Assembly (NCBI GenBank): GCA_964417715.1
Contig: CAYQJG010000006.1
Coordinates: 17,420 to 81,419, forward strand
Length of the DNA stretch: 64,000 bases
From: an uncultured Lentisphaerales bacterium
GTDB taxonomy: Bacteria > Verrucomicrobiota > Kiritimatiellia > RFP12 > CAYQJG01
Reading direction: 5' to 3'
The position numbers and the translations under genes are program-made. Below, one piece after another: positions 37,461 to 45,662 of this stretch. Position 1 is the stretch's first letter. The number at the start of each line of letters is the position of its first letter. The notes under the pieces were generated by a model that made no database searches, was not told the origin of the DNA, and worked only from the letters and a program-made list of their open reading frames with translations.

Positions 37461-39515
37461 CTACCCGTCCACCACCACAGCCAGATGAATCGCGACAGCC
37501 GGCACGGTGATGTCCAGCGTGCCGCCTCCAGCCGGCCGCCACGCCCACGCCAGCGTCTGCTTCTCGAACGCCGCGCGGACACGGCGGGGCTCGCGGGCGC
37601 ACATCATCCTGATCCGGGCGGGACCCGCCGGTGCCAACTCATCGATGGCGCCCGCATTGGGCTGGTTGGGCAACCCGCTGGAGCGGTTGATGAGATGGAC
37701 CAGTTGCCGTCGTCCCCTGCGGCGCAGCACAACATCCAGACAGGTGGGCGCCAGAACCGTGATCGGCAGACGGCCGACCAGCGCGTGCACGCAGTCGGCG
37801 ATGAAGGCGCGTGTCATCGGGTAACGGTTGCGTGCAAAGTCGCGGAACACGGCGGCCGGAATGTACCCCACCCCGCCACGGCCCACACGGTTGATCGTGC
37901 AGGCGGGATTGGGTAGAAGGTCGGCATCCGGGCTGAGCGTGTTGCCGATGCGGCAGCGGACGCGGGCAGTCGTAGCCACCACAAGCCGCCACGCCTCACT
38001 GTAAAGGGGCGCCATGCCCTCCTCGGCCGGAACGTGGAACGTGACATTCTCCCTTACCTCGCCGGCCGCGACACCCAGGAACTCCGGACCCAGGCGGTCA
38101 AAGCACGCGGCACCGGATACGAGCAGGCGCCCGCCGGCAGTCACGTAGCGCTTCAGCGCCGCCACCATGGCATCCGACATGGCGTGCTGCTCGGGCACGA
38201 CGACGGCGGGGAACTCCGACAAACGCCGCAGCAGCGCCCACTCGTCGAGGACATCGACACCGTAGTGCGCCTCAAGAAGCGAAAACACGGCCCCCTGGAC
38301 CGCGGCCACATCGATGCCGTGCATCAGGTTGCGCCCCTTCACCGTGGCATGGGCGTGGACCTCGGAATGCAGCACGGCGATCTGAGGAATCGTCTCGGTA
38401 TCCTGACAGAGCGCGCGCCGTGCCTTGATAAAGCGTCCGACCCGGCCGAGACGCTTCATGCGCCAAGGCACGAGCCGGCCGGTGCGGATGTGCGGGTTCT
38501 CGTAGATCTGCACGTTGCCGCCAAAGGCGCACATGAGCGCCGCTTCCTGCTGGAGCATCTCAACGGGTTTGGTGACCCACGGCGAGTCGGGTCTGCCCAT
38601 GCCGTGGGAGCAGGTGAAATTCCACAGCATGATGTCCCACGGCTTGCCGCGCGTCGAAAGGAAGCGCGCCTCGCAACGGCTGGCGTCGAACCCCCACACC
38701 CACGAATTGTCGCCACTGATCCAATCGGTCGGCACACGCGGCTCGCCCGGATTGCGGAAGGTCTGAAGCCAGTTTGAGCAAACGAGCACGCCGGGCTTGT
38801 GCTGGTGCACGGCCGCACAGTAACGCGCGACGTAGGCCTCGAAGCTGCGCAGCGTAAAGGCCCACCAGGCGGGCCAGTGTGAATCGGTCTCGTCCTTCGG
38901 CGGTTCAGCCAGACCGGTCTCCTGAAGGAACGCGGCGCGACAGCGCTCACAGTAGCAGGGCTCGGTGGCCCACAGGTCGCCGTCGATCCAGAACCCGTCC
39001 ACGCCATAGCGATCGATGAGTTCAAACATCTGCGGGATCATCAACTCATCCACGTAGGGACTGCGCGGGCACATCTTCTCGCCAGCGGGCGCGCCGGCGT
39101 TCTGTCCGGCGGGTGCGCCCACGGGGCGCCCATCCGCCGCCCGTGCGCACCACTCGGGATGCAGCGCGCCGGCCGCCTTGTCCCAGATGCCCGAGTAGTG
39201 ACAGTGCAGCGGCAGTCCCATGCGCCGTGTGGCCTCACGCCATTGAAGCATCGAATCCCTGACCACACCCGGCGACACCGAGGCCCCTCTGACCGCGCTG
39301 TACCAGCTGGTGTAACCCGCGTGCCCCTTGCAGTCCGTCTGTGCAAAGTCAGGCGCCATCAGGCTCAACCACCGCACCAGATCATCGGGTGCACTCTCGG
39401 TGCCGATGGCCGTATCGTCGGGGCCGGCATGAAAATCGTAATGCAGGCCAAAATAGCGCGTCCTGCCGTGCCACTGTCCACTGTAACTCATCGGTATGCC
39501 CCAGAGCTTGTGCAA
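37461..39515 (-). CDS. putative cytoplasmic glycoside hydrolase (GH29 alpha-L-fucosidase-like TIM barrel plus GH42M/GATase1-like C-terminal domain)
   Basis: 'FGLHYDFH', 'DGFWIDGDLW' and 'YCERCR' segments resemble the fucosidase-like/DUF-type GH barrel. No signal peptide. The track start is TTG at 39515; an alternative ATG is at 39491. Confidence 0.5.
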   Translation of the reverse strand: MHKLWGIPMSYSGQWHGRTRYFGLHYDFHAGPDDTAIGTESAPDDLVRWLSLMAPDFAQTDCKGHAGYTSWYSAVRGASVSPGVVRDSMLQWREATRRMGLPLHCHYSGIWDKAAGALHPEWCARAADGRPVGAPAGQNAGAPAGEKMCPRSPYVDELMIPQMFELIDRYGVDGFWIDGDLWATEPCYCERCRAAFLQETGLAEPPKDETDSHWPAWWAFTLRSFEAYVARYCAAVHQHKPGVLVCSNWLQTFRNPGEPRVPTDWISGDNSWVWGFDASRCEARFLSTRGKPWDIMLWNFTCSHGMGRPDSPWVTKPVEMLQQEAALMCAFGGNVQIYENPHIRTGRLVPWRMKRLGRVGRFIKARRALCQDTETIPQIAVLHSEVHAHATVKGRNLMHGIDVAAVQGAVFSLLEAHYGVDVLDEWALLRRLSEFPAVVVPEQHAMSDAMVAALKRYVTAGGRLLVSGAACFDRLGPEFLGVAAGEVRENVTFHVPAEEGMAPLYSEAWRLVVATTARVRCRIGNTLSPDADLLPNPACTINRVGRGGVGYIPAAVFRDFARNRYPMTRAFIADCVHALVGRLPITVLAPTCLDVVLRRRGRRQLVHLINRSSGLPNQPNAGAIDELAPAGPARIRMMCAREPRRVRAAFEKQTLAWAWRPAGGGTLDITVPAVAIHLAVVVDG

Positions 39516-39587
39516 CGCGGAATCAAACCGCCAGCAGCGTACCCGGGGCTTCCGGACGCGTCAAGCCGCCGTCGCATCCTAATCGGC

Positions 39588-39616
39588 TTGCCGCCGCGAT
39601 GGAGCCAGCTTACTAT
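39588..39616 (+). promoter_or_regulatory. sigma-70-type promoter candidate (TTGCCG-17 nt-TACTAT) for the GH-A/E1/GT2/ACP operon
   Basis: -35 at 39588-39593 and -10 at 39611-39616, ~45 nt upstream of the proposed GTG start, which has an AAGGGG SD. Confidence 0.35.
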
Positions 39617-39662
39617 TCCCCGAGGTATACCAAGCCTTTTCGGTTTGCAGCAAGGGGTGGAC

Positions 39663-41336
39663 GTGAAGAACTCAGGCGTGACACTGGCAGCGGACGGCTA
39701 CTTTGCGCGCGACGGCAAGCGTCTCTTCCCCGTGGGCGTCAACTACTGGCCGGCCTCGTGCGGTGTCGACATGTGGGCGCAGTGGCCCGCCGACGAGATC
39801 AAGCATGACCTGGATCTGGTGCACGACCTGGGGCTGAACTGTATCCGCTACTTTCTCCGTTGGCCGGACTTCGAGCCTGAGTTGGGCCACTACAACGAAG
39901 TCATGTTCGAGCGCCTGCGCGACCTCTCGGGCTGGTGCGCCGAGCGCGGACTGTTGGCACACCCGGCACTCGTCGTGGGCTTCATGAGCGGGGGCCACTT
40001 CTGGCCCAAGGACAAGGGATCGCGCAACCTCTATGCCGACGCGGACATGACCCGCCACACCGCCGCCTTCTGTCGGCGCGCCGCCGCCGTGCTGGCGCCC
40101 TTCCATGACTCGTTGCTGGCTCTGGACCTCGGCAACGAACTGGGCTGCGCCGACGCCTGGGGCGCACCTCCGGCCGCCATCCGCACCTGGTGCGAACGCG
40201 TGACCACCGCCATCCGCGAGGCCTACCCGCAGGCGCTCATCGTCTCGGGACTCGACAGCGGCCAGGTCACCACGGACTACGGCTGGCGCCTCGGCCAGCA
40301 ACCCGGCACCGATTTCTACAGCGTCCACACGTATCCCGTCCCCGGGTGGAACGTGGTGCCCTTCGACGGCATGACCGATCCATTCTGCCAGGCCATACTG
40401 CCGTTCAACACCCTTGCCGCGCGCGCCTTTGGTCCCGTCATGGTGCAGGAGTTCAGTTCGATCCTGACGTGCGGCCAGCCGGAATGCGCGTCCTACCTCT
40501 CCGCCATGCTCGCCGCCTGCCGCGACAATGGATCGAATGGCTTCCTCTGGTGGTGCCTGCGCGATGTCCGAACGCAGGCTCACCCCTACGCCAGACACGG
40601 TTTTGAGGGCCGACTCGGCTTGCTTGACGCCTGCGATCGCGTCAAGCCCAACCTGCAGCCGATGCTTGATTTCATGCGCGGCCTCCAGACGTGGACGCCG
40701 CCTGCCCCGCAGCCGCCGGACGTGGCCATCTACTGGCCCCGCGAATACTACAGGCGCGACAATGATCGCAATCCCGGCAACGATCCGTCGGCGCTCTTCC
40801 GCCGCATGCTGGCGGCATACTACCTGCTCAGACGCGGCGGGCACTCGGTCGGCATCGCACGCGGCGACCAGCCCATCACGCCCGGACTCAAGACCCTCGT
40901 GATTGCCGGAGCGGCGCTCACCTCGCCAGAGGTCGACGCACTGGAGGTGTGGGTGCGGCAGGGCGGACATGTGCTCTGGAGCGGGCCAACCTGGAGCCAG
41001 TGGACCGAATCATGCGACCGGATCGTGGGTGCCCAACCGGTCGATATCCGCACGCCTCAGGTCGTGCAGATCAACGCCTTCGGCGCAGCCTGGAGCCTGC
41101 CGCATCATCCAGGCGACGGCCGCGTCGTCGCACGTGTCACCACCGCGCATGTTGCCGCATCGACCACGGACGGCCTGCCAGTCGTGCTCGCCAACCGATG
41201 CGGCTCAGGCCACTGCGTCAGTGTGCTGGCCGTACCGGAGGAAACAGTCGCCGCCGCCGGTGCTGATCGGCCTTCGCGCGACCGGTGGCAGGTGTGGTAC
41301 GATGGGTGCCTGGCGTTGCTGGAGAATCGTGCATGA
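39663..41336 (+). CDS. clan GH-A (GH5/GH42-like) glycoside hydrolase with C-terminal GH42M/GATase1-like domain
   Basis: 'VNYWP', acid/base-type 'LGNELG', and nucleophile-type 'VMVQEFSS'. No signal peptide. The track ORF (from 39159) overlaps the divergent gene, so I propose the GTG at 39663 after AAGGGG. Confidence 0.6.
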   Translation: MKNSGVTLAADGYFARDGKRLFPVGVNYWPASCGVDMWAQWPADEIKHDLDLVHDLGLNCIRYFLRWPDFEPELGHYNEVMFERLRDLSGWCAERGLLAHPALVVGFMSGGHFWPKDKGSRNLYADADMTRHTAAFCRRAAAVLAPFHDSLLALDLGNELGCADAWGAPPAAIRTWCERVTTAIREAYPQALIVSGLDSGQVTTDYGWRLGQQPGTDFYSVHTYPVPGWNVVPFDGMTDPFCQAILPFNTLAARAFGPVMVQEFSSILTCGQPECASYLSAMLAACRDNGSNGFLWWCLRDVRTQAHPYARHGFEGRLGLLDACDRVKPNLQPMLDFMRGLQTWTPPAPQPPDVAIYWPREYYRRDNDRNPGNDPSALFRRMLAAYYLLRRGGHSVGIARGDQPITPGLKTLVIAGAALTSPEVDALEVWVRQGGHVLWSGPTWSQWTESCDRIVGAQPVDIRTPQVVQINAFGAAWSLPHHPGDGRVVARVTTAHVAASTTDGLPVVLANRCGSGHCVSVLAVPEETVAAAGADRPSRDRWQVWYDGCLALLENRA

Positions 41337-42289
41337 CCCAGACCATGGATCTTATCGCGTGCCACGAGCGCATGCTCACGATCCGCTACTTCGAGGAGGC
41401 GGTCGAGAGGCTCTTTCTCGAAGGACGCATCGGCGGCACGGCTCACACCTGCATCGGACAGGAGGCATCAGCCGTGGGCGTGGCGGCGGCGCTCAACCCG
41501 GGCGACGCGATGACCAGCACCCATCGCGGCCATGGCCATTTCCTCGCCTGCGGCGCTGATCCCGGAAGACTCATGGCCGAGCTCTTCGGCCGTGTCGACG
41601 GCTACTCGCGGGGGCGCGGGGGCAGCCAGATGATGATGGACACCGCACTCGGCTTCTACGGCGCCAATGGCATCACCGGCGGCAGCATCCCCTTTGCCAA
41701 CGGGCTGGCACTCGACGCCCGCCTCCGCGGCCTGAACCGCGTCGTCGCCTGCCTGTTCGGTGACGGCGCGTCAAACCAGGGCGTGTTCCACGAAACCCTG
41801 AACCTGGCGGCGCTCTGGAAGCTGCCCGTTCTGTTCATCTGCGAGAATAACGGCTACGCGATGTCCACCTCCACCTGCGCCGGGTTGGCCAACCCGCGGG
41901 TGGCCGACCGCGCCAAGGCTTACGGCATCCTCGGCGTGCCGGTCGACGGCAACGACCTGCCCGCCGTGCGACAGGTTGTGGCCGAGGCGGCCGCGTATGC
42001 CCGCAGCGGCGCCGGCCCCGTGCTGATCGAATGCCGCACCTACCGGCTGTCCGGGCACTCGCGCGGCGATAAGCGCGAATACCGCACACGCGCCGAGGAA
42101 GCCGAAGCCTGGTCGCGGGAGCCTATCGCCCGGTTCGAATCGTTCCTGACCGGGGCAGGCCTGGCGAGCGACGCCGACCTGGCCGCCCGCCGCGCCGACG
42201 CCGAGGAGCGCGTCAGGGCCGCCATCCACTTTGCGGAAGCCAGCGCACACGCCAATCCAGCCACGGTCGCGGAGGGGGTGTTCGCATGA
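41333..42289 (+). CDS. thiamine-diphosphate-dependent 2-oxoacid dehydrogenase E1 component, alpha subunit
   Basis: TPP motif 'FGDGASNQGVFHETLNLAALWKLPVLFICENNGYA' and 'YRLSGHS'. ATGA overlap with the upstream gene. Confidence 0.88.
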   Translation: MTQTMDLIACHERMLTIRYFEEAVERLFLEGRIGGTAHTCIGQEASAVGVAAALNPGDAMTSTHRGHGHFLACGADPGRLMAELFGRVDGYSRGRGGSQMMMDTALGFYGANGITGGSIPFANGLALDARLRGLNRVVACLFGDGASNQGVFHETLNLAALWKLPVLFICENNGYAMSTSTCAGLANPRVADRAKAYGILGVPVDGNDLPAVRQVVAEAAAYARSGAGPVLIECRTYRLSGHSRGDKREYRTRAEEAEAWSREPIARFESFLTGAGLASDADLAARRADAEERVRAAIHFAEASAHANPATVAEGVFA

Positions 42290-43260
42290 GAACAGTCACC
42301 TTTACCGTCCTCCTGCGCGAGACACTAGCCGCCGAAATGCGCCGCGATCCGAACGTCTTCCTGATCGGCGAGGATATCGCCACCTACGGCGGCGCCTTCG
42401 GCGTGACACGCGGTCTGGCAGACGAGTTCGGCACGGACCGTGTGCGCGACACGCCGATCTCGGAACAGGCCCTGGTGGGCTCGGCAATCGGCGCCGCCGT
42501 GGGCGGTTCACGCCCCGTGGTCGAGATCATGTTCGCCGATTTCGTGACGCTGGCCGTGGACCAGCTGGCGAACATGGCCGCCAAACTACGGTACATCTTC
42601 GGCGTGGCCTGTCCTCTCGTGGTGCGTCTGCCCACCGGCGGCGGACGCGGCTACGGCGCCACGCACTCGCAAACGCCGGAGCGGCTGTTCACCGGCGTGC
42701 CGGGACTGCGCATCGCCGCACCATCCACCGCCGGCGATGCATCAGCGTTGCTCCAGACCGCGATCCGCGACCCTAACCCGGTGCTGTTCCTCGAACACAA
42801 GATGCTCTATCCCCTGCGCTGGGATGTCGCCGACGCCCTGCCGGCACCGATTCCATTCGGCCGAGCGGCTGTCACGCGCGCCGGCACGGACATCACGATC
42901 ATCGCGTGGTCCTACATGGCGCACCTGGCCCTGCATGCCGCAGGAACGCTGGCGGCGGAGGACGTGTCGGCTGAGGTGGTGGACCTGCGCACGCTCTGCC
43001 CGCTTGACACCGAAACCATTGTCGCATCGGCGCGCAAGACCGGCCGTGTGCTGATCGTTGAGGAAGGGCCGCTGACCGGCGGCTTTGCGGCGGAGATCGC
43101 CTGCCGAATCTTCGAAGCCGCCTACGACTCGCTGGACGCGCCCATCCGGCGTCTGGCCAGCACCGACAGTCCCGTGCCCGCCGCGCGAAACCTGGAGGCC
43201 GCCGCCCTTCCCGACGCCGCGCGCATCGTCGCCGCTGCGCGCACACTGGCCGCCGGATAG
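42286..43260 (+). CDS. 2-oxoacid dehydrogenase E1 component, beta subunit (transketolase-like)
   Basis: 'FLIGEDI..YGGAFGVTRGL', 'RVRDTPISEQA', 'VVDLRTLCPLD'. ATGA overlap with the alpha subunit gene. Confidence 0.9.
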   Translation: MRTVTFTVLLRETLAAEMRRDPNVFLIGEDIATYGGAFGVTRGLADEFGTDRVRDTPISEQALVGSAIGAAVGGSRPVVEIMFADFVTLAVDQLANMAAKLRYIFGVACPLVVRLPTGGGRGYGATHSQTPERLFTGVPGLRIAAPSTAGDASALLQTAIRDPNPVLFLEHKMLYPLRWDVADALPAPIPFGRAAVTRAGTDITIIAWSYMAHLALHAAGTLAAEDVSAEVVDLRTLCPLDTETIVASARKTGRVLIVEEGPLTGGFAAEIACRIFEAAYDSLDAPIRRLASTDSPVPAARNLEAAALPDAARIVAAARTLAAG

Positions 43261-43297
43261 CCCGCACGCCGCGCCACTTACTGCCCCCTGCCCTCCG

Positions 43298-44164
43298 ATG
43301 CGCTACTCCGTCATAACGCTCTGCTTCAACAAGCTGGCCTACACCCAGCGCTGTCTGACCGCCGTCCTGCGTGACTCGGAAGCCGATGCCGCCTGGGAAC
43401 TGGTGGTTGTGGACAACGGGTCGACCGACGGCACGGGCGCGTGGTTGGAGACCGATCTGGTCGCCCTCGGCCGCGCGGCGGGTGTGCCCGTACGCGTGTT
43501 GCACACCGGCACCAATGCCGGCTGTTCGACTGCCCGCAACCTGGGAATCGCGGCGGCCACCGGCGACGTTCTGGTCTTCATGGACAACGATGTCATGCCC
43601 CGCACGCGCCGCTGGCTGCCCGGCCTGCACGCCGTGCTGGCCGACCATGCGCAGGCGGGGATGGTCGGCCCCAAGCTGGTCTACCCCGTCCCGCCCCACG
43701 CGATCCAGTGCGCGGGCGTGGGCGTCTCGACACGCGGGCGCATCTGCTTCCGCGGCCGCGGCGATCCGGCCGATGACCCGCGGTACAACCGTCGCGAGCC
43801 GGTGCAATGCCTGATCAGTGCGTGCCTGATGGTTAGGACGGAACTGATCCGGACGCACGGCGGGTTCGATGAACGGTACAATCCGGTCCAGTTCGAGGAT
43901 TTCGATCTCTGCTACCGACTGCGCGAGCATGGCTGGCAGGCCATCTACGAACCTGGCATCGCCATGTACCACTTTGAGAGCGCCACTACGCAGGGCTCGC
44001 CCTCGATCCGCAACGCGGCCGTGGTGGTGCGCAACGGCCTCGCCTTCCAGCATCGGTGGCGCCATGTGTTCGCGCGCGAATCCGGCCCATCTGAACCCGA
44101 GTGCCGCTGGCGGCAGGTTCCATCCGTTCCCTTCGAAGCGGTCGCCGCCCCGCCGCTGGTCTGA
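43298..44164 (+). CDS. family-2 glycosyltransferase
   Basis: 'YSVITLCFN', 'VVVDNGSTDGT', 'FMDNDV' (DxD), 'FEDFDLCYR'. The ATG at 43298 is internal to track ORF 43085..44164. Confidence 0.88.
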   Translation: MRYSVITLCFNKLAYTQRCLTAVLRDSEADAAWELVVVDNGSTDGTGAWLETDLVALGRAAGVPVRVLHTGTNAGCSTARNLGIAAATGDVLVFMDNDVMPRTRRWLPGLHAVLADHAQAGMVGPKLVYPVPPHAIQCAGVGVSTRGRICFRGRGDPADDPRYNRREPVQCLISACLMVRTELIRTHGGFDERYNPVQFEDFDLCYRLREHGWQAIYEPGIAMYHFESATTQGSPSIRNAAVVVRNGLAFQHRWRHVFARESGPSEPECRWRQVPSVPFEAVAAPPLV

Positions 44165-44226
44165 CCGGCCGGGCCGTTCCCGGTTCGGCTTGACTTTTCA
44201 GGGCCAAACAACGCATAAGAGCACGC

Positions 44227-44484
44227 ATGGACAACGCGACTATCGAAGCCACACTGAGGGATATGATCATTGATCGGCTCTTTCTCAAGGTTACGCCGTC
44301 CGAGATCGAAACCGACGCCTCGCTGGTCGACGTTTACGGCGTCGACTCCGTGAGTCTGCTCGAACTCGTCGTCGGGCTTGAGGAGCAGTTCGGCATCGTG
44401 GTGGAGGACGGCGACTTCAACGTGAAGAACTTCCTGACCGTGGCCGCGCTGCGTGAGTTCGTCAGGGAGCGCCTGCCGGCATAG
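44227..44484 (+). CDS. acyl carrier protein (phosphopantetheine-binding)
   Basis: 85 aa with 'YGVDSVSLLELVVGLEEQFG', the D-S-(L/V) phosphopantetheine attachment motif in a 4-helix pattern. Confidence 0.8.
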   Translation: MDNATIEATLRDMIIDRLFLKVTPSEIETDASLVDVYGVDSVSLLELVVGLEEQFGIVVEDGDFNVKNFLTVAALREFVRERLPA

Positions 44485-44485
44485 A

Positions 44486-45499
44486 ATGACTGCCTGGATC
44501 TGGAACGTACTTGTGGCCACGTGGCAGGTGTGGGTGCTCATGGCGCCCTACCTGTTGGTTGGCTTTGTCGCGGCCGGCCTGCTAACGGTCGTGCTTTCGC
44601 CTGCCTGGGTGCGCCGTCACATGGGGGGTCGGGGCCTGTGGCAGGTGATCAAGGCATCCCTGCTGGGTGTGCCGCTGCCGCTCTGCTCGTGCGGCGTCCT
44701 GCCCGTGGCTTTCTCGTTGCGCAATCACGGCGCAAGCAAAGGCGCGACCGTCAGTTTCCTGGCCTCGACGCCCCAGACCGGCGTGGACAGCATCGTTGCG
44801 ACCTATGCCGTTCTCGGACCGGTCGTGACCGTATTCCGCGTGGTGGCCGCATTCGTGTCCGGCGTCCTGGCCGGCGGGTTGGTCACTGCAGCCTATCCGC
44901 ACGACCCACCACGCGTCGCGGCGGCACCGGACGATGCAGTCAACAGCCCGACGGTCGCCGTGCCGGCCTGGCGGCGCATGCTGCGCCTGGGGCTAGTCAC
45001 ACTGCCGCGCGATGTCGCCCGTCCGCTACTGGTGGGTGTGCTGATCTCGGGCGTGCTCACGGCCTGCGTCCCCGCGGGCTTCTTCGAGGGGCGTCTGCCA
45101 CCCGGGTGGGGCGCATACGCCATGGCGCTGCTGGTCGGCATCCCGCTCTATGTCTGCTCGACCGCCTCCATCCCGCTGGCCGCATCGTTCATCTACATGG
45201 GTGCCCCTCCCGGCGCAGCGATGGCCTTCCTGATCGCCGGACCGGCCACAAATGCCGCCACGATCGCGGTGATGTGGACCCGCATTGGCAGAATGGGGAC
45301 GGTGCTGTACCTGTTCGCGATCGCGGCAACCGCCGTCGCCGCGGGGGCACTCATGGACACCTTCTTCCCAGGCGGCGCCGTCCCTGCCTTGAGCGAGCAG
45401 TGTACGGCCTGCGCCGATTCCTGGTGGCGAGTGGCTGCGGCGCTGGTGTTGCTGGCGCTGGTGTTGCCGGGCCTGCTGCCCGAACGGGACGACGAATAG
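44486..45499 (+). CDS. UPF0718/DUF318-type permease (SO_0444 / ArsP-like)
   Basis: Multi-TM protein with 'LLGVPLPLCSCGVLP' and 'STPQTGVDS'. The ATG lies 1 nt after the ACP stop. Confidence 0.72.
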   Translation: MTAWIWNVLVATWQVWVLMAPYLLVGFVAAGLLTVVLSPAWVRRHMGGRGLWQVIKASLLGVPLPLCSCGVLPVAFSLRNHGASKGATVSFLASTPQTGVDSIVATYAVLGPVVTVFRVVAAFVSGVLAGGLVTAAYPHDPPRVAAAPDDAVNSPTVAVPAWRRMLRLGLVTLPRDVARPLLVGVLISGVLTACVPAGFFEGRLPPGWGAYAMALLVGIPLYVCSTASIPLAASFIYMGAPPGAAMAFLIAGPATNAATIAVMWTRIGRMGTVLYLFAIAATAVAAGALMDTFFPGGAVPALSEQCTACADSWWRVAAALVLLALVLPGLLPERDDE

Positions 45500-45662
45500 A
45501 GGCTACCCGCCACGGCCTCATTCACGTTCGATGAAAAGGCCGCGCGTGCCAACTGTGCGAATCTGCATCACGGTTCGTGATGATGGGAGAATCCCCGACC
45601 ACGAGCACAACGGGGTCGCCCGTACGCACCGGGTCGCGCATCGTCGGACGCGCACCCGCACG

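Noticed and set aside
45500-45662. Small RNA, tRNA or bidirectional terminator in the 163-nt convergent spacer between the permease and the DUF4159 gene.
   Set aside because: Only short hairpins are present (e.g. ATCACG-GTT-CGTGAT at 45567-45581), without U-tracts. There is no cloverleaf-like arrangement and nothing else I can support.
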